64,000 bases of DNA from Gemmatimonadota bacterium (GTDB lineage Bacteria; Gemmatimonadota; Gemmatimonadetes; Gemmatimonadales; GWC2-71-9). This document shows, piece by piece, positions 29,597-39,202 of the stretch. The position numbers and the translations under genes were made by a program. The notes below the pieces were generated by a model. It worked only from the letters and a program-made list of their open reading frames with translations, had not been told where the DNA came from and did no database searches. The stretch covers positions 1 through 64,000 of the forward strand of contig JBDHAB010000001.1 in assembly GCA_039588295.1 (NCBI GenBank), given 5' to 3'. Position 1 is the first letter of the stretch; the number at the start of each line of letters is the position of its first letter.

Positions 29597-31003
29597 ATGA
29601 CAGCAACAACGACTCGTCGATTCCTTTCTTGGTCTCTACTGTTCTCCGCGGTCTTTGCAGGAGCATCTCAACTCCGCGCTCAAGAGCTGGATCGCACGGC
29701 GATCATCAACGCGGTCGACTCCATCGCGATGGAGCCCATTGACTCGGGACTAGCGGCCGGGATGTCGGTGGCAGTGATCCACGGCTCCGACACCATCGTC
29801 CTCAAGGGGTATGGCTACGCCGACCTCGAGTTCGATGTCCCCACGCCGGAACGCGCGATTTACGAAATCGGATCGGTCACCAAGCAGTTCACGGCCGTGG
29901 CCGTGCTCCAGCTGCACGAGCGTGGCTTGCTGGCACTCGACGACGAACTCACGAAGTATCTCCCGGACTATCCGACACACGGTCACCGGATCACGATCCG
30001 TCGGCTCTTGGACCACACGTCGGGCATCAAAGGCTATACAGAACTGCCGACGTTTTGGAACACGATGGTGGGCCGGAGTCTCCCACGCGATTCACTGGTC
30101 GCCCTGTTCTCCGCCGAGCCATTCGATTTCGCCCCCGGTGAAGCGATGATCTACAACAACTCCGCGTATTTCCTGCTGGGCCTGATCATTGAGAAGGCGA
30201 GCGGGCAGCCCTACGAGGAGTACATCCAAGAGCACATCTTCGGCCCCGCCGGCATGGTCGACTCTCGCTACTGCAGCGAGCGTGCGGTCATCAAGCGTCG
30301 CGCAAACGGCTATCAGATGGGCGACAGCGGTCTCGTGCGTAAGGGGTTCCTGGTCCACGACTGGCCCTACGCAGCGGGCTCGATCTGCTCGACCGCCTGG
30401 GACCTGGTGACGTGGACCCACGCCGTGCACGGCCAGGGAGAGGGAGGGCATCTCCTGAGTCCTGACGCATACCGCGAGCTCATAACGCCTGGGGAACTCA
30501 ACGATGGGACGCGGCTCCGCTACGCCAAAGGTCTGGCAATCACCGAGACGGGTGGCCGGCGCCAGATCTCGCACGGGGGAGGGATCTTCGGTTTCCTTTC
30601 AGAGTCACGCTACTACCCCGACGACGATCTCATCATCGTCGTGTTGATCAATACCGCCGGGCGCACCTCACCGAGTAGCATTGCCAGCGCCATCGAGAAG
30701 TTCGTCCTCGGGGACCGCCGTACGCCGCCCAGCCGCACGTACGCTGGGGAGCTCGAGATCTTCACCGGGACCTACACTGGCCCGGGCAGAGGGCGGGAAC
30801 TCGAGGTGACCGTGGCAGCGGATTCCGGCCACCTGACCCTCCAGATCGGGAGCGGAGAAGCCGAGCAACTCCGCTACGTCGACGACCACACGTTCTCGAT
30901 GGGGACCACCCTCTGTCACTTCGTGCGGCACGGGAACCACATCACCGAGCTCCAAGTAGACCGGGTGGGGGGCTTCTACATTCTGGAGAAAGACAGTAGC
31001 TGA
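29597..31003 (+). CDS. Serine hydrolase, beta-lactamase/AmpC-like family
   Basis: SVTK, LLDHTSG, YNNSAY, HGG; signal peptide. Confidence 0.87.
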   Translation: MTATTTRRFLSWSLLFSAVFAGASQLRAQELDRTAIINAVDSIAMEPIDSGLAAGMSVAVIHGSDTIVLKGYGYADLEFDVPTPERAIYEIGSVTKQFTAVAVLQLHERGLLALDDELTKYLPDYPTHGHRITIRRLLDHTSGIKGYTELPTFWNTMVGRSLPRDSLVALFSAEPFDFAPGEAMIYNNSAYFLLGLIIEKASGQPYEEYIQEHIFGPAGMVDSRYCSERAVIKRRANGYQMGDSGLVRKGFLVHDWPYAAGSICSTAWDLVTWTHAVHGQGEGGHLLSPDAYRELITPGELNDGTRLRYAKGLAITETGGRRQISHGGGIFGFLSESRYYPDDDLIIVVLINTAGRTSPSSIASAIEKFVLGDRRTPPSRTYAGELEIFTGTYTGPGRGRELEVTVAADSGHLTLQIGSGEAEQLRYVDDHTFSMGTTLCHFVRHGNHITELQVDRVGGFYILEKDSS

Positions 31004-31107
31004 GGTCTCGGCCGGTCTCCGCATCCCTGTGCGGAATCCTTTCGAGTGCTCGACCCGCACCTACGATAGACCTGTTTCATGTCGCCGATTCAGACGATGC
31101 GCTGAAA

Positions 31108-31135
31108 CAACCTTCCCCTCCAATCCCGTATCTAA
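31108..31135 (+). promoter_or_regulatory. Candidate ECF promoter of DUF5916 gene 2
   Basis: CAACC-N19-CTAA about 40 nt upstream of GTG 31178. Confidence 0.5.
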
Positions 31136-31177
31136 GGATAGGCAGGTCTTTCTGTGAGACCCGCCGGGAGGTTCTTT

Positions 31178-33892
31178 GTGAAGCCCAGTGTGCCCGCCGT
31201 GATACGCCTGGTCTCCACCCTGGCACTGGGCGTCTCGTTCGTGAGCTCTGCGTACGCCCAGAACAGCAGCCCCGCCGACGCCCCACCTCCAGGCATCGGA
31301 GCCATGGCGCTGCCGCCGCGATCGGTGATCCAGCTCGACGGGCAGCTCGACGAGCCCGCCTGGCGTCGCGCGCCCACAGCCTCCGGGTTCCTCCAGTCGC
31401 AGCCCGACGAGGGGGTACCTGCTACACAGCGGACCGACGTGCAGTTCCTCTACGACGACGATGCGCTCTACGTCGGCGCTCGGATGTTCGATGACCTGGG
31501 TGCCGACGGCGTGCGTTCCCGCCTCGTGCGCCGTGACGGCAGCGCGGACAGCGATCAGCTCTCCATCATTTTCGACACGTTCCACGACCATCTGGGCCGC
31601 GCGAACTTCACGATCAATCCGGCGGGCGTGAAGGGAGACGCATTCGGGCCGGGCGGGGCCATCCCTGACGCCTCCTGGGATCCCGTGTGGGAGGCCGCAA
31701 CCCTGGTCGACTCCCTCGGCTGGACCGCCGAGCTGCGGATCCCGTTCTCCCAACTCAGGTTTCCCAACGATTCCTTACAGACGTGGGGACTCCAGATCGT
31801 CCGGTTTGTCAGCCGGCTCAACGAGCGGGCCCACTGGGCGTTCTGGCGCCTCAACGAGGTGGGCGGACCGCCCAAGTACGGGCATCTGGAAGGGCTCGCG
31901 ATCGCGGCGGCGCCGGCACGGGCAGAGTTTCTGCCGTACCTGGTCGGTCGATCGGTGAACGCCGGCACGCTCGATCCCGACGACCCGCTGAGGGACCCAC
32001 ACGAACTGGATTATCGGGCCGGCCTCGACCTCAAGTACCTGCTGACGTCGAACCTCACCCTGACCGCGTCGATCAACCCCGACTTCGGGCAGGTGGAAGT
32101 CGATCCCGCCGTGGTGAACCTCTCCGCCTTCGAGACCTTCTTTCCCGAGCAACGTCCGTTCTTCATCGAGGGCCGAGGGCTCATCCGCTACGGCTGGCTG
32201 AACTGCTTCTTCTGCAGCAACACGTCGTCACTCAGCCTGTTCTACTCCCGCCGCATCGGGCGACCGCCGCAGGGCGCCGGTGATGCCGAGGACGCCGGCG
32301 AGTATGCCGACGTCCCGGGGAACACCACCATCCTGGGCGCGGCGAAGATTACGGGACGAACCGCCGGTGGCTGGTCCGTCGGTCTGCTCGACGCGGTGAC
32401 CAGCCGTGAGCATGCGACCGTAGTTGGCAGTGACGGGTCACGCTTCGGTATGGAGGTCGAGCCGTTCACCAATTACTTCGTCGGCCGCCTTGCAAAGGAC
32501 CTGTTAGACGGGAATCTCCAGATCGGCGGTATGGCGACCTCGGTCGTACGCGACCTTCACGACCCCGTCCTGTCAGATCGCCTCACCCGCCACGCCGAAG
32601 GGTGGGGGCTCGAGTCGAACCTCTGGCTCAAGCAGCGGACCTACCGCCTGATGACGAACCTCGCGGTATCGCAGGTGAGCGGCGACACGGCGGCAATCCT
32701 CCGCCTGCAGAACTCGAGCGCCCGTTACTTCCAACGACCCGACCGCGAGCACGGGAGCAACGGATTGTTTACCGACGCCTTCGACCCCTCCCTCGGGTCC
32801 ATGCGCGGCTTCGCCGGATATGCCAGGTTCTCCAAGGAATCCGGGGACTGGCTCTGGGAAGTGTCCACCAACTTCCGAAGTCCGGGATTCGAGGTGAACG
32901 ACCTAGCCTTCCTGACGCGGGCCGACTACGTCTGGATGAGTGGGAATCTCTTGCGCCAGTTCACCAGGCCGACCAGGATCTACCGGTCCCTAGCCTTCAT
33001 CGTGGGAGGACAACAGCAGTACAACTTCGACGGTGATCTCACTGACCGGCAGGTACAGGGCTTCGCCCAGATCGAGCCGCCCAACTACTGGAGCGTCACA
33101 ACGTTCTGGATCCATCGGCCGTCGGTGCTTGACGACCGACTCACCCGCGGTGGACCGGTCGTGCGACGACCCAGCAGCAACTTCTGGCTGCTAGCCGCCT
33201 CCACCGACTCGCGCAAAGCACTCGTCCTGGAAACCGAGCCCGAGTACGGCTGTGACAGTGAGGGGGCGTGTGACTATTCGATCGATTTGAGTATCACCTA
33301 TCGACCGGCATCGAACGTTTCGCTGAGCCTGGGTCCCGCATACACTCACGAAGAGGCATCGACGCAATACATCACCACGGTCGACGATCCAACGGTGACC
33401 GCCTTCGCCGGACGGCGCTACGTATTCGCCGACCTGGACCAGAACACCATCTCGATGGAAACGCGGCTCAACATCACCTTTACACCGACTCTCTCACTTG
33501 AGGTGTACGCGCAACCGTTCATCTCGAGTAGCAAGTTCACGAATTTCAAGGAATTCGACGCACCGCGTGCGCTGGCGAAGAGCACCTACGGTCGCGATGT
33601 CGGCACCATCTCGGTCACTGCTGAGACCTATGTCGTCGACCCGGACGGAGGAGGTCCCGCCGATTCCTTCACGTTCGACGATCCGGATTTCAACTTCCGC
33701 TCGCTGCGTGGCAACGCCGTGCTGCGCTGGGAGTTCAAACCGGGATCGACACTGTTCCTGGTTTGGACCCAATCCCGAGCTGACACTGCTCCCGTGGGCA
33801 ACATGGATTTCGGCCGCGATGTTCGCGCCCTGTTCGATGCGACGGCGGACAACATCTTTCTCCTCAAGGTGAACTACTGGTTCGGCCTGTAG
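31178..33892 (+). CDS. DUF5916/CBM9-like domain outer-membrane protein (paralog 2)
   Basis: LDGQLDE, AELRIPFSQLRF, INPDFGQVEVD, LFYSRRIGR, FLLKVNYW; GGAGG RBS. Confidence 0.8.
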   Translation: MKPSVPAVIRLVSTLALGVSFVSSAYAQNSSPADAPPPGIGAMALPPRSVIQLDGQLDEPAWRRAPTASGFLQSQPDEGVPATQRTDVQFLYDDDALYVGARMFDDLGADGVRSRLVRRDGSADSDQLSIIFDTFHDHLGRANFTINPAGVKGDAFGPGGAIPDASWDPVWEAATLVDSLGWTAELRIPFSQLRFPNDSLQTWGLQIVRFVSRLNERAHWAFWRLNEVGGPPKYGHLEGLAIAAAPARAEFLPYLVGRSVNAGTLDPDDPLRDPHELDYRAGLDLKYLLTSNLTLTASINPDFGQVEVDPAVVNLSAFETFFPEQRPFFIEGRGLIRYGWLNCFFCSNTSSLSLFYSRRIGRPPQGAGDAEDAGEYADVPGNTTILGAAKITGRTAGGWSVGLLDAVTSREHATVVGSDGSRFGMEVEPFTNYFVGRLAKDLLDGNLQIGGMATSVVRDLHDPVLSDRLTRHAEGWGLESNLWLKQRTYRLMTNLAVSQVSGDTAAILRLQNSSARYFQRPDREHGSNGLFTDAFDPSLGSMRGFAGYARFSKESGDWLWEVSTNFRSPGFEVNDLAFLTRADYVWMSGNLLRQFTRPTRIYRSLAFIVGGQQQYNFDGDLTDRQVQGFAQIEPPNYWSVTTFWIHRPSVLDDRLTRGGPVVRRPSSNFWLLAASTDSRKALVLETEPEYGCDSEGACDYSIDLSITYRPASNVSLSLGPAYTHEEASTQYITTVDDPTVTAFAGRRYVFADLDQNTISMETRLNITFTPTLSLEVYAQPFISSSKFTNFKEFDAPRALAKSTYGRDVGTISVTAETYVVDPDGGGPADSFTFDDPDFNFRSLRGNAVLRWEFKPGSTLFLVWTQSRADTAPVGNMDFGRDVRALFDATADNIFLLKVNYWFGL

Positions 33893-33935
33893 CGGCCACG
33901 GAAGCCAACCAGCGATCCGGCTTGCATACTAGGGT

Positions 33936-34298
33936 ATGCCCACCAGGCGACGGAAACGGGATCCGCGATACTCCCGCACGACGGGCACGAAACCGCACAT
34001 CGGCCGGCGTTACGTAGAGAACGGCCGCGTGCGGATTGAATGGACCGAGAACGGGCGGTGGCGCAGTCGGACGGTCGGACCAAACAGCGCCGCGACACGA
34101 CGACGGGCCGACCACAACCTCGAGGACATCCTCGGACGGCTGCGGTCGGCTGGAGAATCCCCACCGGACCAGGAACACCCACCAACGCCACGCTTCGGCC
34201 GGACTCTCAGAGAACAGGCAGCCTCGATCCTGGACGTGGCCGATATCTTGGCCGACTGGATCCGCGAGGCAATTGGCGTCGGCACGAAGACTGAGTGA
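33936..34298 (+). CDS. Hypothetical basic protein
   Basis: 120-aa ORF; Arg-rich beta-hairpin-like N-half. Confidence 0.45.
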   Translation: MPTRRRKRDPRYSRTTGTKPHIGRRYVENGRVRIEWTENGRWRSRTVGPNSAATRRRADHNLEDILGRLRSAGESPPDQEHPPTPRFGRTLREQAASILDVADILADWIREAIGVGTKTE

Positions 34299-34323
34299 GC
34301 CATCCGTGAATCCGGCACGCCCC

Positions 34324-34369
34324 TTGACAGAGTTCTACCCAAGATTCAAATTTTGAACATCTGTTCAAA
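34324..34369 (+). promoter_or_regulatory. Sigma70-type promoter with overlapping palindromic operator (TetR candidate)
   Basis: TTGACA 34324-34329, 17 bp, CAAATT; palindrome TTTGAACA-TC-TGTTCAAA 34352-34369. Confidence 0.65.
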
Positions 34370-34389
34370 TCCATAGGGTTGGCTCGGGT

Positions 34390-35010
34390 ATGGCTAGCAG
34401 CCGCACAACCGCCCCAGCACTCCGCTCAGACCACGTTCGAGAAAAGCGACGCCGCAGGCGCGCGCAGATTCTCCACGCTGCTCTGCGGGCGTTTCGGGAA
34501 CGGGGGTACCACGCCACGACCCTCGACGACATCGCCGAGCACGTGGGTGTCAGGAAGACCGCGCTCTATCATTACTTCCCCGACAAGGAAGCGATCCTCT
34601 ACGAATGTCACCAGGAATCGCTCGGCGAGTTGGATCGGCTGATCAAAGAGGCCAAACGGCTCGACACGGCCACAGAGAAGCTCAATCACGTCATACGCGA
34701 GCACGTCCGCGTCATGACGGAAACGCTGGAGGGTTCCCCGCTCGCCTTCGAGGTGACCGCGTTCTCGCCAACGCGGCAGCGAGAGATCATCGCCGCCCGC
34801 GACCGCTACGAGCGGGCGGTACGGCGGATCATCGACCAAGGAATCAAACACGGCGAGTTCCGGCCGGTGAATTCCAAGGTCGCCGTGTTCGCAGTTCTCG
34901 GCGCCATCAACTGGATTGCACGGTGGTACCGCCCCGAGGGCTCGATTCAGGCCCCCGAACTGGGCACGGAGTTCGCCGAACACCTAGTCGGGGGCCTGAC
35001 ATGCGGATAA
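34390..35010 (+). CDS. TetR/AcrR family regulator (KstR2-like C-terminus)
   Basis: FRERGYHATTLDDIA..GVRKTALYHYFPDKE HTH; LGAINWIARWYRP. Confidence 0.9.
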   Translation: MASSRTTAPALRSDHVREKRRRRRAQILHAALRAFRERGYHATTLDDIAEHVGVRKTALYHYFPDKEAILYECHQESLGELDRLIKEAKRLDTATEKLNHVIREHVRVMTETLEGSPLAFEVTAFSPTRQREIIAARDRYERAVRRIIDQGIKHGEFRPVNSKVAVFAVLGAINWIARWYRPEGSIQAPELGTEFAEHLVGGLTCG

Positions 35011-35059
35011 TCGAACGGAATTCCAGGACCCAGAACCACTTCGCCTGCGAGAGTGCATC

Positions 35060-36112
35060 ATGAAGGCCGTTCAACTGACAGCCGTGGGTGCGCCCCTGGA
35101 GATCAACGAGGTTCCCAAGCCGTCACCGGGCGACGATCAGGTCGTCATCCAGGTTGCAGGGTGTGGCGTGTGTCACACCGACATCGGCTTCTGGAAGGAC
35201 GGCGTTCCCACCAACAAACCCGTGCCACTGACGTTGGGTCATGAGATCAGCGGGACCGTGGTCGAGGCCGGCGCCGGACACCAGCGGCTCTTGCATCGCG
35301 AGGTGATCGTCCCGGCCGTCATACCGTGCGGGCAATGCCAGCTGTGCGCGACGGGACGAGGCAACGTCTGCCGCGCGCAGGTGATGCCTGGCAACGACAT
35401 CGACGGCGGCTTCGCCGAGTACGTCGCGACCCCGGGCCGCGGCCTGTGCGTCGTCGAAGACAAGGGCGATTACGCGCTGGCCGAATTGTCCGTCGTCGCC
35501 GACGCCGTAACCACTCCGTATCAGGCGATCGTCCGGTCCGGACTCACGGCCAACGATCTGGCGATCGTCGTCGGCGTGGGAGGCATTGGTACGTATTGCG
35601 TCCAAATCGCCGCTGCGATGGGCGCGCACGTTGTGGCGATCGACGTGGACGATGCCAAGCTCCACGCCGTGGCTGCGCACGGAGCAAAGCTCACCATCAA
35701 CTCCGCACAAACTGACTTCAAGGCGTTGAAGAAAGAAGTCCGCAGCAAGGCCAAGGAGTGGGGCTGTCCCGGTCACAGCTGGAAACTGTTCGAGTGTTCC
35801 GGCCACCCAGGTGGCCAGGAGACCGCGTACGGTCTCCTGACACATGCGGCCACGCTCATGGTCGTCGGATTCACGCTTGGCAAGATCGAGCTACGCTTGA
35901 GCAATCTGATGGCGTTCGACGCAACCGCCCAGGGCACCTGGGGCTGCAAACCGGAACTCTATCCAGCGGCCCTCACGCTCTTGACCGACGGCAAGATCAC
36001 ACTGAAGCCATTCATCGAGACCCACCCGCTGGATCAGGCACCCGACGTGCTGCAGCGCGTCGTCGATCATGAGATCCAGAAGCGCGCCATTCTGGTACCG
36101 AATTCGGCTTGA
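35060..36112 (+). CDS. had: 6-hydroxycyclohex-1-ene-1-carbonyl-CoA dehydrogenase (Zn-ADH)
   Basis: GCGVCHTD, LGHEISG, PAVIPCGQCQLC, ADAVTTPYQA, RLSNLMAFDA; BCR operon context. Confidence 0.85.
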   Translation: MKAVQLTAVGAPLEINEVPKPSPGDDQVVIQVAGCGVCHTDIGFWKDGVPTNKPVPLTLGHEISGTVVEAGAGHQRLLHREVIVPAVIPCGQCQLCATGRGNVCRAQVMPGNDIDGGFAEYVATPGRGLCVVEDKGDYALAELSVVADAVTTPYQAIVRSGLTANDLAIVVGVGGIGTYCVQIAAAMGAHVVAIDVDDAKLHAVAAHGAKLTINSAQTDFKALKKEVRSKAKEWGCPGHSWKLFECSGHPGGQETAYGLLTHAATLMVVGFTLGKIELRLSNLMAFDATAQGTWGCKPELYPAALTLLTDGKITLKPFIETHPLDQAPDVLQRVVDHEIQKRAILVPNSA

Positions 36113-36149
36113 TGTCAACGTTCGAACGGGAACGGGGGAGAGTCGTGCC

Positions 36150-37241
36150 ATGTTGAAAGACCACACGCTCGCTGGTGCCCGGGATTTCAAGGAAATCGGG
36201 TACGAGCTACGTCCTGCCCGCGATCCGGCCGGCAACGAGGCGGCCGGGCTCTACAACGCGTGGATCATCCTGAACAACCCCGGCCAGCTCAACAGCTACA
36301 CGACGGATGCGGTCAAGGAGGTGATCCTCGCCTTCCGCCAGGCAAGCATGGACCGAAGCGTGGTCGCATGCGTCTTCACTGCGGTGGGGGACAAGGCTTT
36401 CTGCACCGGTGGCAACACGAAGGAATACGCGGAGTACTACTCGGGGAACCCGCAGGAATACAAGCAGTACATGCGGCTGTTCAACGACATGATCGACTCC
36501 ATCCTGCGGTGCGACAAACCCGTGATCAACCGCGTCAACGGCATGCGGCTCGCGGGCGGTCAGGAGATCGGTATGGCGTGCGACTTCACCATCGCCGCCG
36601 ACACCGCCCGGTTTGGCCAAGCCGGCCCGAAGCACGGCTCGGCGCCCGACGGCGGGTCGACCGACTTCCTGCCCCTGTACGTGGGCTTTTCGCGGGCCAT
36701 GGAAAGCGGCGTCCTCTGCGAAATGTGGAGTGCCCATAAGGCGCTCTTCATCGGTCTCATCAACGAGGTCGTCCCGGTGCTCAAGGTGGACCGAAAGTGG
36801 ATACCCAACCCAATGGTGATCACGGACCGATTCGTCGACGACTTCGGCAACATCGTGTTCGGTGATTTCAAGACCGGTGAGGAGCGCGACGCCGCGAAGG
36901 CGGTGCTTGCCAGCGCCGAGACCGACCTCGCCAAGCTCGACGAAGCGGTGGAGACCCTGTGCACCAAGATTCTACTGCTGATGCCCGACTGCGTCTCGAA
37001 GACCATCAACGGGCTCCGCAAGCACAAGCAGTGGCACTGGGACAACACCAACGTGACGAACCGGGAGTGGTTGGCCCTCAACATGATGACGGAGGCCAAG
37101 GCCGGTTTCCGCGCCTTCAATGAAGGGCCCAAGGGCAACCGCGAGGTCGACTTCATCAAGCTTCGCCAACTGTTGGCCGACGGCCACCCATGGGACGACG
37201 ATCTACTGCGCGCGATCTCGCCGCAGTATCAAGAGAGTTGA
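36150..37241 (+). CDS. oah: 6-oxocyclohex-1-ene-1-carbonyl-CoA hydrolase
   Basis: NSYTT, FCTGGNTKEYAEYY, GGQEIGMACD, QAGPKHGSAP, WLALNMMTEA. Confidence 0.9.
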   Translation: MLKDHTLAGARDFKEIGYELRPARDPAGNEAAGLYNAWIILNNPGQLNSYTTDAVKEVILAFRQASMDRSVVACVFTAVGDKAFCTGGNTKEYAEYYSGNPQEYKQYMRLFNDMIDSILRCDKPVINRVNGMRLAGGQEIGMACDFTIAADTARFGQAGPKHGSAPDGGSTDFLPLYVGFSRAMESGVLCEMWSAHKALFIGLINEVVPVLKVDRKWIPNPMVITDRFVDDFGNIVFGDFKTGEERDAAKAVLASAETDLAKLDEAVETLCTKILLLMPDCVSKTINGLRKHKQWHWDNTNVTNREWLALNMMTEAKAGFRAFNEGPKGNREVDFIKLRQLLADGHPWDDDLLRAISPQYQES

Positions 37242-37282
37242 GTCATCGAGGCGTCGAGCGCCACTGAGGGAGAAGGCGGGCA

Positions 37283-38032
37283 ATGGAGCTAGCACTGGAC
37301 GGCAAGAATGCCATCGTGACCGGCGGGAGTGTCGGCATCGGCGCGGCAATCGCGTTGCGGCTTGCCCAAGAAGGCTGCAACGTGGCGATCAACTACCGCC
37401 GCCACGATACCGAAGCCAAGAAAGTCATCGCCGACATCGAGGCGCTGGGACGACACGGTTTGGCGATCAAGGCTGACGTCGCGAGCTACGACGATGCCCA
37501 GAACATGGTCCAGACAGTCGTGAGTGCGTTCGGCCGCTTGGACATCATGGTGTGTAACGCCGGCATCAACTGGGACGGCGTCATTTGGAAGATGACTGAG
37601 GAGCAATGGGACACGGTCATCAACATCAACCTCAAAGGTTACTTCAACTACAACAAGGCCGCGGCTCTGGTGTTCAAGGATCAGAAGAGCGGCAAGATCG
37701 TGAACATCTCGTCCATCAACGGCATGCGCGGCAAGTTCGCCCAGGTGAATTACTCCGCCTCCAAGGGCGGTGAGATCGCGATGAGCAAGTCGCTCGCCCG
37801 GGAGCTTGGCAAATTCAACGTGAATGTGAACGTGGTGGCACCCGGCATGGTCATGACGGAGATGGCCGAGAACATTCCGCCGGAGTTCCTCACCAAGGCG
37901 ATGGACGAAACCGCGCTCGGTCGGTTCGCTACGCCGGACGAGTGCGCCGACTTGGTCGCCTTCCTGTGCTCCGACAGGGCCCGTCACATCACGGGCGAGG
38001 TGATCAAGATCGACGGCGGCCAATACATGTAG
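37283..38032 (+). CDS. FabG-like short-chain dehydrogenase (3-oxoacyl-CoA/ACP reductase)
   Basis: TGGSVGIG, CNAG, YSASK, VAPG, IDGG. Confidence 0.85.
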   Translation: MELALDGKNAIVTGGSVGIGAAIALRLAQEGCNVAINYRRHDTEAKKVIADIEALGRHGLAIKADVASYDDAQNMVQTVVSAFGRLDIMVCNAGINWDGVIWKMTEEQWDTVININLKGYFNYNKAAALVFKDQKSGKIVNISSINGMRGKFAQVNYSASKGGEIAMSKSLARELGKFNVNVNVVAPGMVMTEMAENIPPEFLTKAMDETALGRFATPDECADLVAFLCSDRARHITGEVIKIDGGQYM

Positions 38033-38044
38033 GGCGGTGCGGCT

Positions 38045-39199
38045 ATGAGACGAGTGGGAATCATCGGTATCGGGCACGGCGTGTTCGGACGGCGCAGCGA
38101 CGCCACCGTGCAGGAATTAGCCTTCGAGGCATTCCGAACGGCGACGCGCGACGCCGGGATCGGGCGAGACGTCATCGACGCATCGGTCGTCGCGGCCGTC
38201 CCGGAGTACCACAAGCAGCGCTCGCTGGCGGGGGTGGTACAAGAGTACCTCGGCCTCGTCCCCAAGCCCACTTGGCTCACCGAGGTCGCGTGTGCATCGG
38301 GGAGTGCCGCCATCCGCACCGCGTGGATGGCCATCCGGGCCGGTGTGCACGACGTCGTGGCGGTCATCGGTTGCCAGAAGATGACCGAGCTCTCCACTCC
38401 AGAGATCCTCGCACTCATGGGTCGAGTCGGCGAGGTGCAGTGGGAGTCGGGATTCGGCACCACCTTCCCCGGCTACTACGCGATGTTCGCCAAGCGGCAC
38501 ATGCACGAGTTCGGGACGACACGCGACCATCTGCTCGAGGTGGCCGTCAAGAATCACCACTACGGCGCAATGAACCCCTACGCGCTCTTCCGCAAGGAAA
38601 TCTCGAAGGAAAAGGCGGAAGCTTCGGAAGACGTGGCGACCCCGTTCCAGGTTTACGACTGCTGCGCCAACGCCGACGGAGCCGCCTGTGTCATTCTCGC
38701 AGCCGAAGAGAAAGCCACAGCGCTTTCCGACAAGGTTGTGTGGCTCGACGGCATGGCTTGCGCCACAGCTAGCATGTCGGTGCTGCGGCGGCCGAGTCTC
38801 ACCGGACTCCCGAGCGCCGCGAAAGCGGGCGCCGACGCCTACGCCATGGCCGGCGTCTCAGCCGACGACATCAAGGTCGCCGACGTGCACGACTGTTTCA
38901 CCGTCGCCGAGATCATGGCGTACGAGGATTTGGGCTTCTGCAAGAAGGGCGAGGGTGGTCCGTTCGTCGCCGATCGCCAGACGTATGTGGGCGGCAAGGT
39001 CGCGGTCAATGTCGATGGTGGCCTCAAGGCCAAAGGACACCCGATCGGCGCCACCGGGGTCTCGATGACCTACGAGATCGCCAAACAGCTCCGAGGCGAG
39101 GCCGGGGAGCGGCAGGTGCCCGACGCGGACGTCGGCCTCACGCACAACGTGGGTGGGATCGGTCAGTACTGCTTCGTGCAGGTGATGAGAAGGGACTGA
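38045..39199 (+). CDS. SCP2/archaeal-type thiolase
   Basis: EVACASG, HDCF, GHPIGATG, HNVGG. Confidence 0.87.
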   Translation: MRRVGIIGIGHGVFGRRSDATVQELAFEAFRTATRDAGIGRDVIDASVVAAVPEYHKQRSLAGVVQEYLGLVPKPTWLTEVACASGSAAIRTAWMAIRAGVHDVVAVIGCQKMTELSTPEILALMGRVGEVQWESGFGTTFPGYYAMFAKRHMHEFGTTRDHLLEVAVKNHHYGAMNPYALFRKEISKEKAEASEDVATPFQVYDCCANADGAACVILAAEEKATALSDKVVWLDGMACATASMSVLRRPSLTGLPSAAKAGADAYAMAGVSADDIKVADVHDCFTVAEIMAYEDLGFCKKGEGGPFVADRQTYVGGKVAVNVDGGLKAKGHPIGATGVSMTYEIAKQLRGEAGERQVPDADVGLTHNVGGIGQYCFVQVMRRD

Positions 39200-39202
39200 G
39201 CA

